Assembly (NCBI GenBank): GCA_036918135.1
Contig: JBALDB010000007.1
Location: 384,001 to 448,000 of the forward strand
Reading direction: 5' to 3'
DNA length: 64,000 nucleotides
From: Nostoc sp.
GTDB taxonomy: Bacteria; Cyanobacteriota; Cyanobacteriia; Cyanobacteriales; Nostocaceae
The notes under the pieces are model-generated. The model was not told the origin of the DNA. It worked only from the letters and a program-made list of their open reading frames with translations, and did no database searches. Position 1 is the stretch's first letter, and each line of letters opens with the position of its first letter. Below are positions 10,745 to 20,203 of this stretch, in pieces. The position numbers and the translations under genes were made by a program.

Positions 10745-11719
10745 GTGGAAATGGATGTCAGCTTAATAATATCGAACATCCTGAATCCGCCAGTTCTGTT
10801 TTTCTTTTTAGGCATGACTGCCGTTTTTGTCAAGTCCGATCTAGAAATTCCTCCACCAGTCCCGAAACTGCTTTCGCTTTATCTGCTATTGGCGATTGGT
10901 TTTAAAGGGGGGGTAGAACTGATTAAAAGCGGAATCACTCAGGAAGTAGTTCTCACACTCATTGCAGCCATGTTGATGGCTTGTTTTGTCCCTATTTACA
11001 CGTTTTTTATCCTCAAACTGAAGCTAGATATTTACGATGCTGCGGCGATCGCCGCAACATACGGTTCTATTAGTGCTGTTACCTTCATCACCGCTAGCTC
11101 CTTTCTCAACGAGCTTGGTATTAATTTTGATGGCTACATGGTAGCAGCCCTCGCCTTGATGGAATCTCCCGCCATCATAGTTGGTCTGATTTTAGTGAAT
11201 TTGTTCTCTCTCGATGAAAAGCGAGAGTTTGCCTGGAAGGAAGTTTTGCAAGAAGCATTTCTTAATAGTTCAGTCTTTCTTTTAGTTGGTAGCCTGATAA
11301 TAGGCTTCTTAACAGGAGAACGCGGTGGGAAGACTTTAGAACCCTTTACTCAAGGGATGTTTTATGGTGTTCTCAGCTTCTTTCTCTTGGATATGGGACT
11401 AGTGGCTGCCAGGAGAATTAAAGACTTGCAAAAAACCGGAGTTTTTCTAATTTCATTTGCGATATTAATTCCAATAGTTAATGCAGGCATTGGGTTGTTA
11501 ATTGCCAAATTTATCAATATGCCTCAAGGTGATTCGCTTTTGTTTGCGGTGTTGTGTGCCAGTGCCTCTTACATTGCTGTGCCAGCAGCTATGCGGATGA
11601 CTGTTCCAGAAGCAAACCCTAGCCTGTACGTTTCTACAGCTCTTGCAGTAACATTCCCGTTCAATATTATTGTGGGAATTCCGTTATATCTTTACGGAAT
11701 TAACATGTTTTGGAGGTAA
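10745..11719 (+). CDS. sbtA: Sodium-dependent bicarbonate transporter, short SbtA type
   Basis: YLLLAIGFKGG, YGSISAVTF, MESPAI, SASYIAVPAAMR, TFPFNI; followed by a PII-like gene. Confidence 0.9.
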   Translation: MEMDVSLIISNILNPPVLFFFLGMTAVFVKSDLEIPPPVPKLLSLYLLLAIGFKGGVELIKSGITQEVVLTLIAAMLMACFVPIYTFFILKLKLDIYDAAAIAATYGSISAVTFITASSFLNELGINFDGYMVAALALMESPAIIVGLILVNLFSLDEKREFAWKEVLQEAFLNSSVFLLVGSLIIGFLTGERGGKTLEPFTQGMFYGVLSFFLLDMGLVAARRIKDLQKTGVFLISFAILIPIVNAGIGLLIAKFINMPQGDSLLFAVLCASASYIAVPAAMRMTVPEANPSLYVSTALAVTFPFNIIVGIPLYLYGINMFWR

Positions 11720-11723
11720 TAAC

Positions 11724-12035
11724 ATGCATCTAGTTAAAAAGATAGAGATTATTGCTAACTCTTTTGAGCTTGGCAAAATATTAGATAGCTTAGACAAGTC
11801 TGGCGTACATGGTCATGCTGTAATCCGAAATGTTGCTGGCAAAGGATTACGAGGAACGGCAGAAGATTTAGACATGACGATGCTTGATAATGTCTACATC
11901 ATTGCGTTTTGTATGCCAGAAGAAATTAAGCGTGTTGTAGAAAACATTAAACCACTGCTTAACAAATTTGGCGGCACGTGTTACGTCTCAGACGTAATGG
12001 AAATTCGCTCAATGAAATGTGTTGCGTCGTTATAA
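11724..12035 (+). CDS. sbtB: PII-like regulator SbtB (start at ATG 11724 after GGAGG)
   Basis: KKIEIIAN...GVHGHAVIRNVAGKGLRG; directly downstream of sbtA. Confidence 0.88.
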   Translation: MHLVKKIEIIANSFELGKILDSLDKSGVHGHAVIRNVAGKGLRGTAEDLDMTMLDNVYIIAFCMPEEIKRVVENIKPLLNKFGGTCYVSDVMEIRSMKCVASL

Positions 12036-12050
12036 AAAATCATAAATCCA

Positions 12051-12755
12051 ATGAAGCATTTCATGGACCGTCGTGGCTTTTTAAAGTTAGGAGTCACAGG
12101 AGCATTCGGGATAGTTTTAACTGCCAGTGATTTCCTCTGGCGAGTTGAACAAGTAAAAGCCGCAGAATTACCTCCTGAAACTCTTAGTCCCGATGCCGCA
12201 TTGCAAAAGTTGATAGAGGGAAATCAGCGGTTTGTTCAGCATCAACCCCAATATCCCGATCAATCTGCGGCTCGGTTGCAGGAAGTTGCTCAAGCGCAAC
12301 ATCCTTTTGCAACTATCCTCAGTTGTGCGGATTCACGAGTACCCGCAGAAATTATTTTTGACCAGGGTATCGGAGACATCTTTGATGTTCGCCTTGCCGG
12401 AAATATTGCCACGCCAGAATCACTCGGTAGTATCGAATATGCCGTTGTTTTATTAGGTACGCCAGTGTTGATGGTGCTGGGTCATGAGCGATGTGGAGCC
12501 GTAACTGCTGCTGTGAAGAATGAAGCGTTACTCGGTGATATTGGTAGCTTTGTTGAAGCAATTAAGCCTGTTGTCAAAAGTGCCAAGCTTCAGCCAGGGG
12601 ACGCGGTTGACAATGCTGTGGTTGCCAACGTCCAATATCAAATTGCACGGCTGAAGCGATCGCAGCTTTTAACTGAGCGGTTACAGTCTGGTAAATTGAA
12701 AATTGTTGGAGGTCGTTACGATTTAGATACAGGAGGAGTAACTATAATTAGTTGA
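12051..12755 (+). CDS. Tat-exported beta carbonic anhydrase (EcaB-like)
   Basis: DRRGFLK twin-arginine signal; LIEGNQRF, CADSRV, GHERCGAV. Confidence 0.92.
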   Translation: MKHFMDRRGFLKLGVTGAFGIVLTASDFLWRVEQVKAAELPPETLSPDAALQKLIEGNQRFVQHQPQYPDQSAARLQEVAQAQHPFATILSCADSRVPAEIIFDQGIGDIFDVRLAGNIATPESLGSIEYAVVLLGTPVLMVLGHERCGAVTAAVKNEALLGDIGSFVEAIKPVVKSAKLQPGDAVDNAVVANVQYQIARLKRSQLLTERLQSGKLKIVGGRYDLDTGGVTIIS

Positions 12756-12767
12756 TTAACCAAGATT

Positions 12768-12834
12768 ATTAGCGTATTCTCTCAATCAAATAATCTGATA
12801 ATTAATTGCTTGAAGATTGAGAGTATCCGCTAAT
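12768..12834. repeat. 20-bp imperfect inverted repeat after the CA gene
   Basis: ATTAGCGTATTCTCTCAATC ... GATTGAGAGTATCCGCTAAT (18/20). Confidence 0.7.
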
Positions 12835-13069
12835 ATTTTGCTTCTCAAGTACTTGCAAAATTAAAATAATGGTAAGAAAATCAATTTACGAACGGTGATT
12901 ATTTATATTTAATAAATTAATCCAGTAATACTATTTTATTGTTGTATATTTTAGCTTTTTACTTTTGTCTTATTGATTTCGTAGAGGCAATTGATAAATT
13001 ACCTCTACGGAAATATTCTTCCAAATTACTAGTACCGAAATTGGTACACCCAAATTACCATACAAACAA

Positions 13070-13228
13070 TTATTTCTTAGCAATTATCCACACTGCGTGA
13101 ATAATTCCAGGAATGTAACCAAAAAGCGTTAAAACTATATTAATCCAAAAGTCTATGCCAAAACCTACTTGTAAAAAAACTCCCAAAGGTGGCACGAAAA
13201 TGGCACACAGAATCCGAACTAAATCCAT
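13070..13228 (-). CDS. YqaE/Pmp3-family small membrane protein, 52 aa (absent from ORF track)
   Basis: MDLVRILCAIFVPPLGVFLQVGFGIDFWINIVLTLFGYIPGIIHAVWIIAKK; GAGGAGG RBS upstream. Confidence 0.93.
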   Translation of the reverse strand: MDLVRILCAIFVPPLGVFLQVGFGIDFWINIVLTLFGYIPGIIHAVWIIAKK

Positions 13229-13373
13229 TTAAACCTCCTCTTAATCTCATCTAAGACAACTTGTTGGCTAAGTCCTTGACCACTGTTCAAGCATATTTAT
13301 ACTTCTTAAAGATAACATTGATCCTCTCAATCTATATTGCAGTTAAGATGCGGGAAACCGCACATATTCAAGA

Positions 13374-13721
13374 TTAGCCGCCGCTGATTTTGGCTTTATA
13401 ACCAAGCTTGGTCAAAATCTCGACAATTTTCTGCTTGTGGTCGCCTTGAATTTCAATTTCGTTGTCTTTAATTGTCCCACCTGTACCACACTGAGTTTTC
13501 AACTGTTTAAGCAAATCTGCCAAAGTTTCTGGTTTGGCTTGAAAACCGCTAATCACGGTGACCGTTTTGCCTTTGCGTCCTTTGCGGGAAGCTTGCACTC
13601 TCAGATTTTGCTGTTGTGGGGGCAATTCTGGAATTGGTCTTTCTGTGGCGGCAGAGTTATCGCTACCAAATTCGCGGTAGACAAAGTTTTTATCAGAAGA
13701 TTTGGAATTGGAAGAAGACAT
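13374..13721 (-). CDS. Translation initiation factor SUI1/YciH family
   Basis: RKGRKGKTVTVI, LKTQCGTGGT, IEIQGDH. Confidence 0.93.
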   Translation of the reverse strand: MSSSNSKSSDKNFVYREFGSDNSAATERPIPELPPQQQNLRVQASRKGRKGKTVTVISGFQAKPETLADLLKQLKTQCGTGGTIKDNEIEIQGDHKQKIVEILTKLGYKAKISGG

Positions 13722-14007
13722 AAAATATTTATTAATAAAAATTTCCAAGCAGTGGAAACTTCAATCTTAGGGTTCACAGATACAAACAACAACTGCTCAA
13801 CTGTAGGTTATATAACCATCATATAACGCTGCCTCATCAGCTCTATTCCTGTACCAATGCCAATGCTTGATTCATCACACCGTCAGATAAATACATCTTA
13901 CACAGGCGCAATTGTTCTATAAGTGTACGTGCAACAAGTATTACCCCTCGTTATTTGCTAGACTTTCTTATAATAATTAAATTATTTTCTTCATTAAAAT
14001 TCAGCCT

Positions 14008-15243
14008 GTGACTACCACTCCCCTCTCTACAAATTCAACTGCTCAAGTTCCCGATACGCTAGGCCGCTTTGGACGCTTTGGCGGTAAGTATGTACCTGAG
14101 ACGTTAATGCCTGCTCTTGCTGAATTAGAAGCAGCTTATCAGCAGTACCGCAACGATCCGGGTTTTCAAGCAGAACTACAGCAGTTGTTGCGGGATTATG
14201 TAGGACGTGCCACACCATTGTATTTCGCTGAACGCCTGACTGCTCATTATGCCCGTCCCGATCGCACCGGGCCACAAATTTACTTAAAACGTGAAGATTT
14301 AAACCATACTGGCGCTCACAAAATTAATAATGCCCTTGGTCAGGTATTGTTAGCAAAGCGCATGGGTAAGCAGCGAATTATTGCCGAAACTGGTGCCGGA
14401 CAACATGGAGTAGCCACAGCCACGGTTTGCGCTCGTTTTGGACTGCAATGCGTAATATATATGGGCGTTCACGATATGGAACGCCAAGCCTTGAATGTGT
14501 TCAGAATGCGGTTGATGGGGGCAGAAGTACGTCCGGTGGAAGCGGGAACGGGAACCCTCAAAGATGCCACTTCGGAAGCAATCCGAGATTGGGTGACGAA
14601 TGTAGAAACTACTCATTATATCCTGGGTTCCGTAGCAGGGCCTCATCCTTACCCAATGATGGTACGTGATTTCCATGCTGTTATCGGCGAAGAAACTCGC
14701 GCTCAAGCAATGGAAAAATGGGGTGGATTGCCTGATATTCTCATAGCTTGTGTAGGTGGTGGTTCCAATGCTATGGGACTATTTTTTGAGTTTATCAATG
14801 AACCTTCTATACGCTTAATTGGAATTGAAGCAGCCGGAGAAGGTGTCAATACCGAAAAACACGCAGCTACCTTGACAAAAGGACGAGTTGGTGTATTGCA
14901 TGGGGCAATGAGCTATCTGCTGCAAGATGAGGATGGGCAAATCATTGAGGCACACTCAATTAGTGCAGGGTTAGATTATCCGGGTGTGGGGCCAGAACAT
15001 AGCTATTTAAAGGATATTGGTCGCGCTGAATATTATAGTGTTACGGATGCAGAAGCTTTAGCAGCGTTCCAACAGTTATCGAAATTAGAGGGAATTATTC
15101 CAGCATTGGAAACAGCTCATGCAATCGCCTACTTGGAAATCCTGTGTCCGCAACTAACTGGCAGTCCTCGGATTGTGATTAACTGCTCTGGACGTGGTGA
15201 TAAGGATGTACAAACAGTAGCCAAGTCTTTAGATCCCGCGTAA
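14008..15243 (+). CDS. trpB: Tryptophan synthase beta subunit
   Basis: [35 protein letters not shown]. Confidence 0.98.
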   Translation: MTTTPLSTNSTAQVPDTLGRFGRFGGKYVPETLMPALAELEAAYQQYRNDPGFQAELQQLLRDYVGRATPLYFAERLTAHYARPDRTGPQIYLKREDLNHTGAHKINNALGQVLLAKRMGKQRIIAETGAGQHGVATATVCARFGLQCVIYMGVHDMERQALNVFRMRLMGAEVRPVEAGTGTLKDATSEAIRDWVTNVETTHYILGSVAGPHPYPMMVRDFHAVIGEETRAQAMEKWGGLPDILIACVGGGSNAMGLFFEFINEPSIRLIGIEAAGEGVNTEKHAATLTKGRVGVLHGAMSYLLQDEDGQIIEAHSISAGLDYPGVGPEHSYLKDIGRAEYYSVTDAEALAAFQQLSKLEGIIPALETAHAIAYLEILCPQLTGSPRIVINCSGRGDKDVQTVAKSLDPA

Positions 15244-15278
15244 ATAAATATACGTCAAGCATTACGGAGAAAGCAACG

Positions 15279-16415
15279 ATGGATCGACAATTCCAACACG
15301 CTATGCTACCGAAAACCACTCAAGACGAGTTGGCGCGCCAAGAGTTTGTCCAAAGTTTAAAACTGCACATTTTTCGCAATCTCTCTCCTGGCAATAAAGT
15401 AGTTTATGAAAAATTAGCCAAACCAAAGTTTGAACAACAACATCAGCGTCCTCCCCAAAATCGTTATGAAATTCGGGAAGTAATGCAAGACGAACCCTAC
15501 TACCGCTGGAATAGTGTCCTGAAACGCATCAGCCAGGAAATGTTATGGGATGCGGTAAATGCCAGCGTTGATAGGCAACTGCCAGAGTTGATTGAGCGTG
15601 CTAAAGACAAGCGCGATCGACTGGGTACTTTAACCCTCGACCCAAACTTTTCAATACCTACTTATCAAAAGGCTGTAGACATCCACTGTATGCCTGGAGG
15701 ATATCACAGCGAATTTACCGCTGATGATGTAGCGGCTGGCGCAACTTACGATCGCGGCACTTATGTTTATGGTGTAGGTTGGTTGGGGCCACTCAATGAT
15801 GATATGGGGCTATCTATAGTCCAAAACTACCTTCTAAAAGAGTATCCCGACTTTCGACCCAGAAAAATTCTCGATATGGGATGCTCTGTGGGTCATAGCA
15901 CATTACCCTACGTAGATGGTTACCCAGATGCAGAAGTCCACGCCATAGATATAAGCGCACCTATGCTGCGTTACGCTCATGCAAGAGCGGAATCTTTGGG
16001 CAAACGCGTATACTTCTCTCAGCAAAATGCCGAACAGACTAACTTCCCGGATGAATCTTTTGACTTAGTAGTTTCTCACATTTTGCTACATGAAATTCCG
16101 CCGCCAGTTGTCCGGAAAGTGATGCAAGAGTCTTATCGTCTACTGGCTCCTGGTGGGATGATGCTACATGTGGAAGCACCGTTGTATCGTCACATGGATA
16201 CCTACACACAGTTTATATTTGATTGGGAAACTGCGAACAACAACGAACCTTTCTGGAGTGCTGTACGCGATTTGGATTTGGTAGCACTAGCTACTGAAGC
16301 TGGTTTTGCAGCAGATAAGACATTTGAGAAATTTGTTCCTAACGGGGCATGGAAAGCTCAAAATGGTAACTCTAATAGCCAAGGTAGTTGGTTTGTGGTT
16401 GCTGCAACTAAATAA
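15279..16415 (+). CDS. Class I SAM-dependent methyltransferase with long N-terminal extension
   Basis: ILDMGCSVG, FDLVVSHILLHE, LLAPGG. Confidence 0.88.
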   Translation: MDRQFQHAMLPKTTQDELARQEFVQSLKLHIFRNLSPGNKVVYEKLAKPKFEQQHQRPPQNRYEIREVMQDEPYYRWNSVLKRISQEMLWDAVNASVDRQLPELIERAKDKRDRLGTLTLDPNFSIPTYQKAVDIHCMPGGYHSEFTADDVAAGATYDRGTYVYGVGWLGPLNDDMGLSIVQNYLLKEYPDFRPRKILDMGCSVGHSTLPYVDGYPDAEVHAIDISAPMLRYAHARAESLGKRVYFSQQNAEQTNFPDESFDLVVSHILLHEIPPPVVRKVMQESYRLLAPGGMMLHVEAPLYRHMDTYTQFIFDWETANNNEPFWSAVRDLDLVALATEAGFAADKTFEKFVPNGAWKAQNGNSNSQGSWFVVAATK

Positions 16416-16511
16416 GCAGAGTAATTCGTAATTCGTAATTAAGGAAGTCCGATTTTCTCTGGATTTCCTTATTTTGCGATCTAGCCTTGTTTTGGGAAAT
16501 TTGGAGTTAGG

Positions 16512-16799
16512 ATGGCAAAAACAGTCAAAGGTAAACACCCAGTTTACTTAGAGAATCCGCAAATCGATAAATTGCTAGCGATGATTATGGCTTTGACTGG
16601 TGAAGTATCCGTACTACGCGATCGCTTGGACACCATCGAACGGTTGCTAGAGGTTAAAGGTATTTTATCGATTACTGAAATAGAAGGTTATCAACCGGAT
16701 GCCGAAGTAATTAATCAACGGGAAAAGTGGCGTGCAGAGTACATAAGGCGGGTCTTGCGCGTCGTGCAGGAAGAGTTACAAGCCCTCAGTCAAGACTAA
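16512..16799 (+). CDS. Small hypothetical coiled-coil protein
   Basis: IDKLLAMIMALTGEVSVLRDRLDTIERLLE; GGAG upstream. Confidence 0.75.
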   Translation: MAKTVKGKHPVYLENPQIDKLLAMIMALTGEVSVLRDRLDTIERLLEVKGILSITEIEGYQPDAEVINQREKWRAEYIRRVLRVVQEELQALSQD

Positions 16800-16871
16800 T
16801 TCACACAAATTTTCCTTTGCACATAGGTTAGGCAAGATTTAAACTATTTTACGAAATTCGCAATTGATATG

Positions 16872-16898
16872 TAGGGGCGTATAGCTGTACGCTCCTAA
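16872..16898. repeat. REP-like hairpin
   Basis: TAGGGGCGTATAGCTGTACGCTCCTAA. Confidence 0.6.
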
Positions 16899-17125
16899 AT
16901 ATGTCTAAATTCCTCAAAATCCTCAATTCTCAATCAAACTAACGCTGATTTTTCCCAAGCTAGCCTATGGAACTATTGACAATTGCAAATGATTGCTTGT
17001 ATGCCCTGTAAAGGATGTGGTCAAATTGCCGAAATTCATCAATCCTTAATAGTATTCTCGTATATATTTTCAGAACTATAAGGTAGAGTATAAGTCTTAT
17101 ATCTCTACATATTACGCAATTCTCC

Positions 17126-17674
17126 ATGTTTCGACAAACTGCTTTTGGCATCGCTTTAACTGCGCTTGTCCTTGCTAGTGGATTAACGACTGTTCCGATA
17201 CCAAATCATACTTCTACAAATACATCCACCCGTAATAAGCTGTTGTCGCTTTTTTCTAGTCAGGTTGCAATATCAACTCCTACTTTTAAACCTACTGAGC
17301 TAGAAAAATCTGTTTTTGAGCAAATTAATCGATATCGAGCTTCTAAAGGGCTACCAAAGCTAACCCTAAATGCAAGCATTACACGACAGGCAAGAATTCA
17401 TAGTCAAAATATGGCTCAAGGGAAAACGCCATTTAGCCATCGGGGATTTGAAGGGCGAGTCAAAGCTATCACCATTCCTTACAACAGTGCAGCGGAAAAT
17501 GTCGCTTTCAACCTGGGATATAGCAATCCCGCAGCCGAAGCTGTTAGTGGTTGGGTCAAAAGCCCCGGACATCTAAAAAATATTAAAGGAAATTACAACC
17601 TCACTGGAATTGGGGTTGCTACTAATAGTCAAGGCGAAGTCTACCTAACGCAAATGTTTTTTCATACTAGGTAG
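17126..17674 (+). CDS. CAP/SCP domain protein, secreted
   Basis: INRYRASKGL, HSQNMA, AENVA, WVKSPGHLKNI, TGIGV. Confidence 0.92.
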   Translation: MFRQTAFGIALTALVLASGLTTVPIPNHTSTNTSTRNKLLSLFSSQVAISTPTFKPTELEKSVFEQINRYRASKGLPKLTLNASITRQARIHSQNMAQGKTPFSHRGFEGRVKAITIPYNSAAENVAFNLGYSNPAAEAVSGWVKSPGHLKNIKGNYNLTGIGVATNSQGEVYLTQMFFHTR

Positions 17675-17762
17675 ATTTAATTTTTGATATTTTTGCACAA
17701 TAATAATGTATTGTCTGACAAGACTTTTGTCTGCTGGACACTACATTATTTTTGAACCTTTG

Positions 17763-18392
17763 ATGACATTACAAGATTTTCAGGTGAGCGATCGCGACCT
17801 CAGTGATGCAGCCGTTAAAGAGTATCTAAAATCGACAGCAATTGCAGTAGATACAGAAACGATGGGATTATTACCGCAGCGCGATCGTTTGTGTCTCGTT
17901 CAGTTATGCAACCTAGAAGGAAAAGTTACCGTAATCCGCATTGCCAAAGGACAAACTGACGCCTCAAATCTACAAAAGCTTTTATCGGCCGCGAATGTTG
18001 TAAAAGTGTTTCACTTTGCTCGTTTTGACCTTGCTACTTTGCGAGCCAATTTAGGGATTCAAGTTCACCCTGTTTTTTGTACGAAAATCGCTAGTAAGTT
18101 AGCCCGTACCTATACGAATCGCCACGGACTAAAGGATGTGGTGCAAGAATTAGAACGACTAGAACTGGATAAAAGCGCTCAAAGTTCTGATTGGGGTAAC
18201 GCTGCTAATCTATCTGAGGCTCAATTGAGTTATGCCGCCAATGATGTGCGCTACTTACTTAGCGTCCAAGAGAAGCTTACCGAAATGCTCAAACGAGAAG
18301 AACGTTGGCAACTTGCTCAAGAATGTTTTGAATTTTTGCCAACAATAGTTTCCTTAGACTTGCTGCAATTTAAAGATTTATTTGAACATTAA
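17763..18392 (+). CDS. Ribonuclease D-like 3'-5' exonuclease
   Basis: AVDTETMGL, RDRLCLVQL, FHFARFD, YAANDV. Confidence 0.92.
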   Translation: MTLQDFQVSDRDLSDAAVKEYLKSTAIAVDTETMGLLPQRDRLCLVQLCNLEGKVTVIRIAKGQTDASNLQKLLSAANVVKVFHFARFDLATLRANLGIQVHPVFCTKIASKLARTYTNRHGLKDVVQELERLELDKSAQSSDWGNAANLSEAQLSYAANDVRYLLSVQEKLTEMLKREERWQLAQECFEFLPTIVSLDLLQFKDLFEH

Positions 18393-18788
18393 TTATTTTA
18401 ATTGATTGTTGCCTACTTTGTTGTGTTCAATTACAACATATTTCAACAAGCATCAAGTACACCATCTAGCTCTAGTAGCTAATCACACAGCCTTTTCTAA
18501 ATTAAAATTCACTAATTCTGCTGTATGATTGAAAATTATAAATTATTTAGTGATTAATTTATAGTTGGGTTAAATTTAGCTTTAGCTTTACCGAACAAAG
18601 CCTTAATAATATAGGAATATAGGTTCCGAAGACGTAAGCAAGCTATGCGTCTCAAACACCACTTATTCATCGGGGAGACCCCCTGTCCCTGCAGTGGCTC
18701 CCCAACCTTCGCCTACACCTAATGACTAGTTTTTCAGACCATTTTTTGCCTCAGATCCGACATTCTAATCATCTGAACTTCTAAAAGT

Positions 18789-19547
18789 TCAAGATTCTTT
18801 AATGTCTTCCTTGATTTCATTAGCTTTATTTTGAACGCCTTCCTTAACTTCACCAGCTTTCTGTTGAAGGTCACCAGTTTTGTCTTGAACGCCTTCCTTG
18901 ACGTCACCAGCTTTCTGTTGAATATCTTCCTTGACGTCACCAGCTTTTTGTTGGATGTCTTCCTTGACATCACCAGCTTTCTGTTGAAGGTCACCAGCTT
19001 TGTCTTGAATACCTTCCTTGAGCTCGCCAGCTTTCTGTTGGATGTCTTCCTTGAGGTTACTGACTCCCTTTTTAATGCTTTCAACGGGACTAGCACCTCC
19101 CTTTGGCTGATTTTCTGCATGATTTTGTAGCCGAGCTACCACATTGTATTCATCAGCACCTGCGGGAGTTTTTGATTCAATAATACCTTCCGTGGGACCA
19201 CCAATCGCTTTCCATGCTTCAAGACCACCTTGAAGTTGAGAAACATGCTCAAATCCATTAGAACGAAGTTGTTGTGCTGCTTGGGCAGCTTCTTCTTCAT
19301 TAGCACCATAAACATAAATATCACGGCTTTTATCCAAAGAAGCTACTGCACGGTCTACCAATTCATCTATTGACATGGGCATCGCTCCCATAATGTGACC
19401 TTCATTATAGGTTCTGCGATCGCGCACATCCAATATTGTAAAAGCTGGTTCACCCCATTCCAAACGAGACTTCAGCGTGTGAGCATCAGATTGTGCTTGT
19501 ATTGGTGGCTGTGGGGGAATGATGCCGCCTACTAAATTGTTATTCAT
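18789..19547 (-). CDS. Rhodanese-like domain protein with LEA-like repeat tail
   Basis: ILDVR...GHIMGA; tail built of KEDIQQKAGDV-type 11-mers. Confidence 0.85.
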   Translation of the reverse strand: MNNNLVGGIIPPQPPIQAQSDAHTLKSRLEWGEPAFTILDVRDRRTYNEGHIMGAMPMSIDELVDRAVASLDKSRDIYVYGANEEEAAQAAQQLRSNGFEHVSQLQGGLEAWKAIGGPTEGIIESKTPAGADEYNVVARLQNHAENQPKGGASPVESIKKGVSNLKEDIQQKAGELKEGIQDKAGDLQQKAGDVKEDIQQKAGDVKEDIQQKAGDVKEGVQDKTGDLQQKAGEVKEGVQNKANEIKEDIKES

Positions 19548-19916
19548 AACTATTCCTTACTGACGATATTAATAACAATTTAACAAATAAAGTATCTTCA
19601 ATTGCTCTTTCGCGAGGATGAACATATTTAAAGTCTCTCTTGAGATAGACTTAGTAATTTCCTGAATTTATACCATTTAATAAATTGCCAATTTAGTCAA
19701 TTAATACTATGAAAACCTAATATTTACTCTAAAAATAATTATTTTTATGTTTCTAAAAATTGATAATTTAGCGTTATTTAAGAAAAGATTCATAATTTCA
19801 TTAGTTAATTGATAAAACTTTTCATTTGAAAACGCAAATGAGTTACCAAGAGAACGAAACCGAGGATAGAAGTCAGGATGCATTCTCTTGAAAAGTGACG
19901 CCCCTATGTTACATAG

Positions 19917-20203
19917 TTGAGCCACTGCATTGGACGCCTCTGGTGGCTTTCAAGTAAGTGGCGTCTGATTCAATAGTGCAGCTAAGTCGAGTCTTGTCTG
20001 TTGCACGCTCTTGGGTTCGAGCGCCGGAAGCCTCTCTTGTCTACAAGATGCACTTGCGTTCGCAATCTTACTTTGCGATGTGTCGCTCTAAACGTTGGTG
20101 CAAGAACAGAAGCTATGCCGAACGCAAGTGCGTCTTTGTAAAGAAAAGACTTTACACGATGCTAATATACCGCTAAAAGCCGATGCTGGTGACTTTTCGC
20201 TAT
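19917..20203. repeat. Hairpin-rich non-coding element, inverted homolog of 24708-24998
   Basis: Shares TTGAGCCACT, GCAGCTAAG, GAGTCTT, ACGCTCTTG, TTCGAGCG, CGGAAGCCT and GCAATCTTACTTTGCG in the same order with the reverse complement of the second copy. Confidence 0.8.

Noticed and set aside
7674..15243. trpC and trpB as part of a scytonemin-type biosynthetic cluster
   Set aside because: No scy, trpE/A/D or tyrA genes; dispersed trp genes are normal in cyanobacteria.
18734..19130. Alternative-frame ORFs over the rhodanese tail
   Set aside because: Produced by the 33/21-bp repeats.
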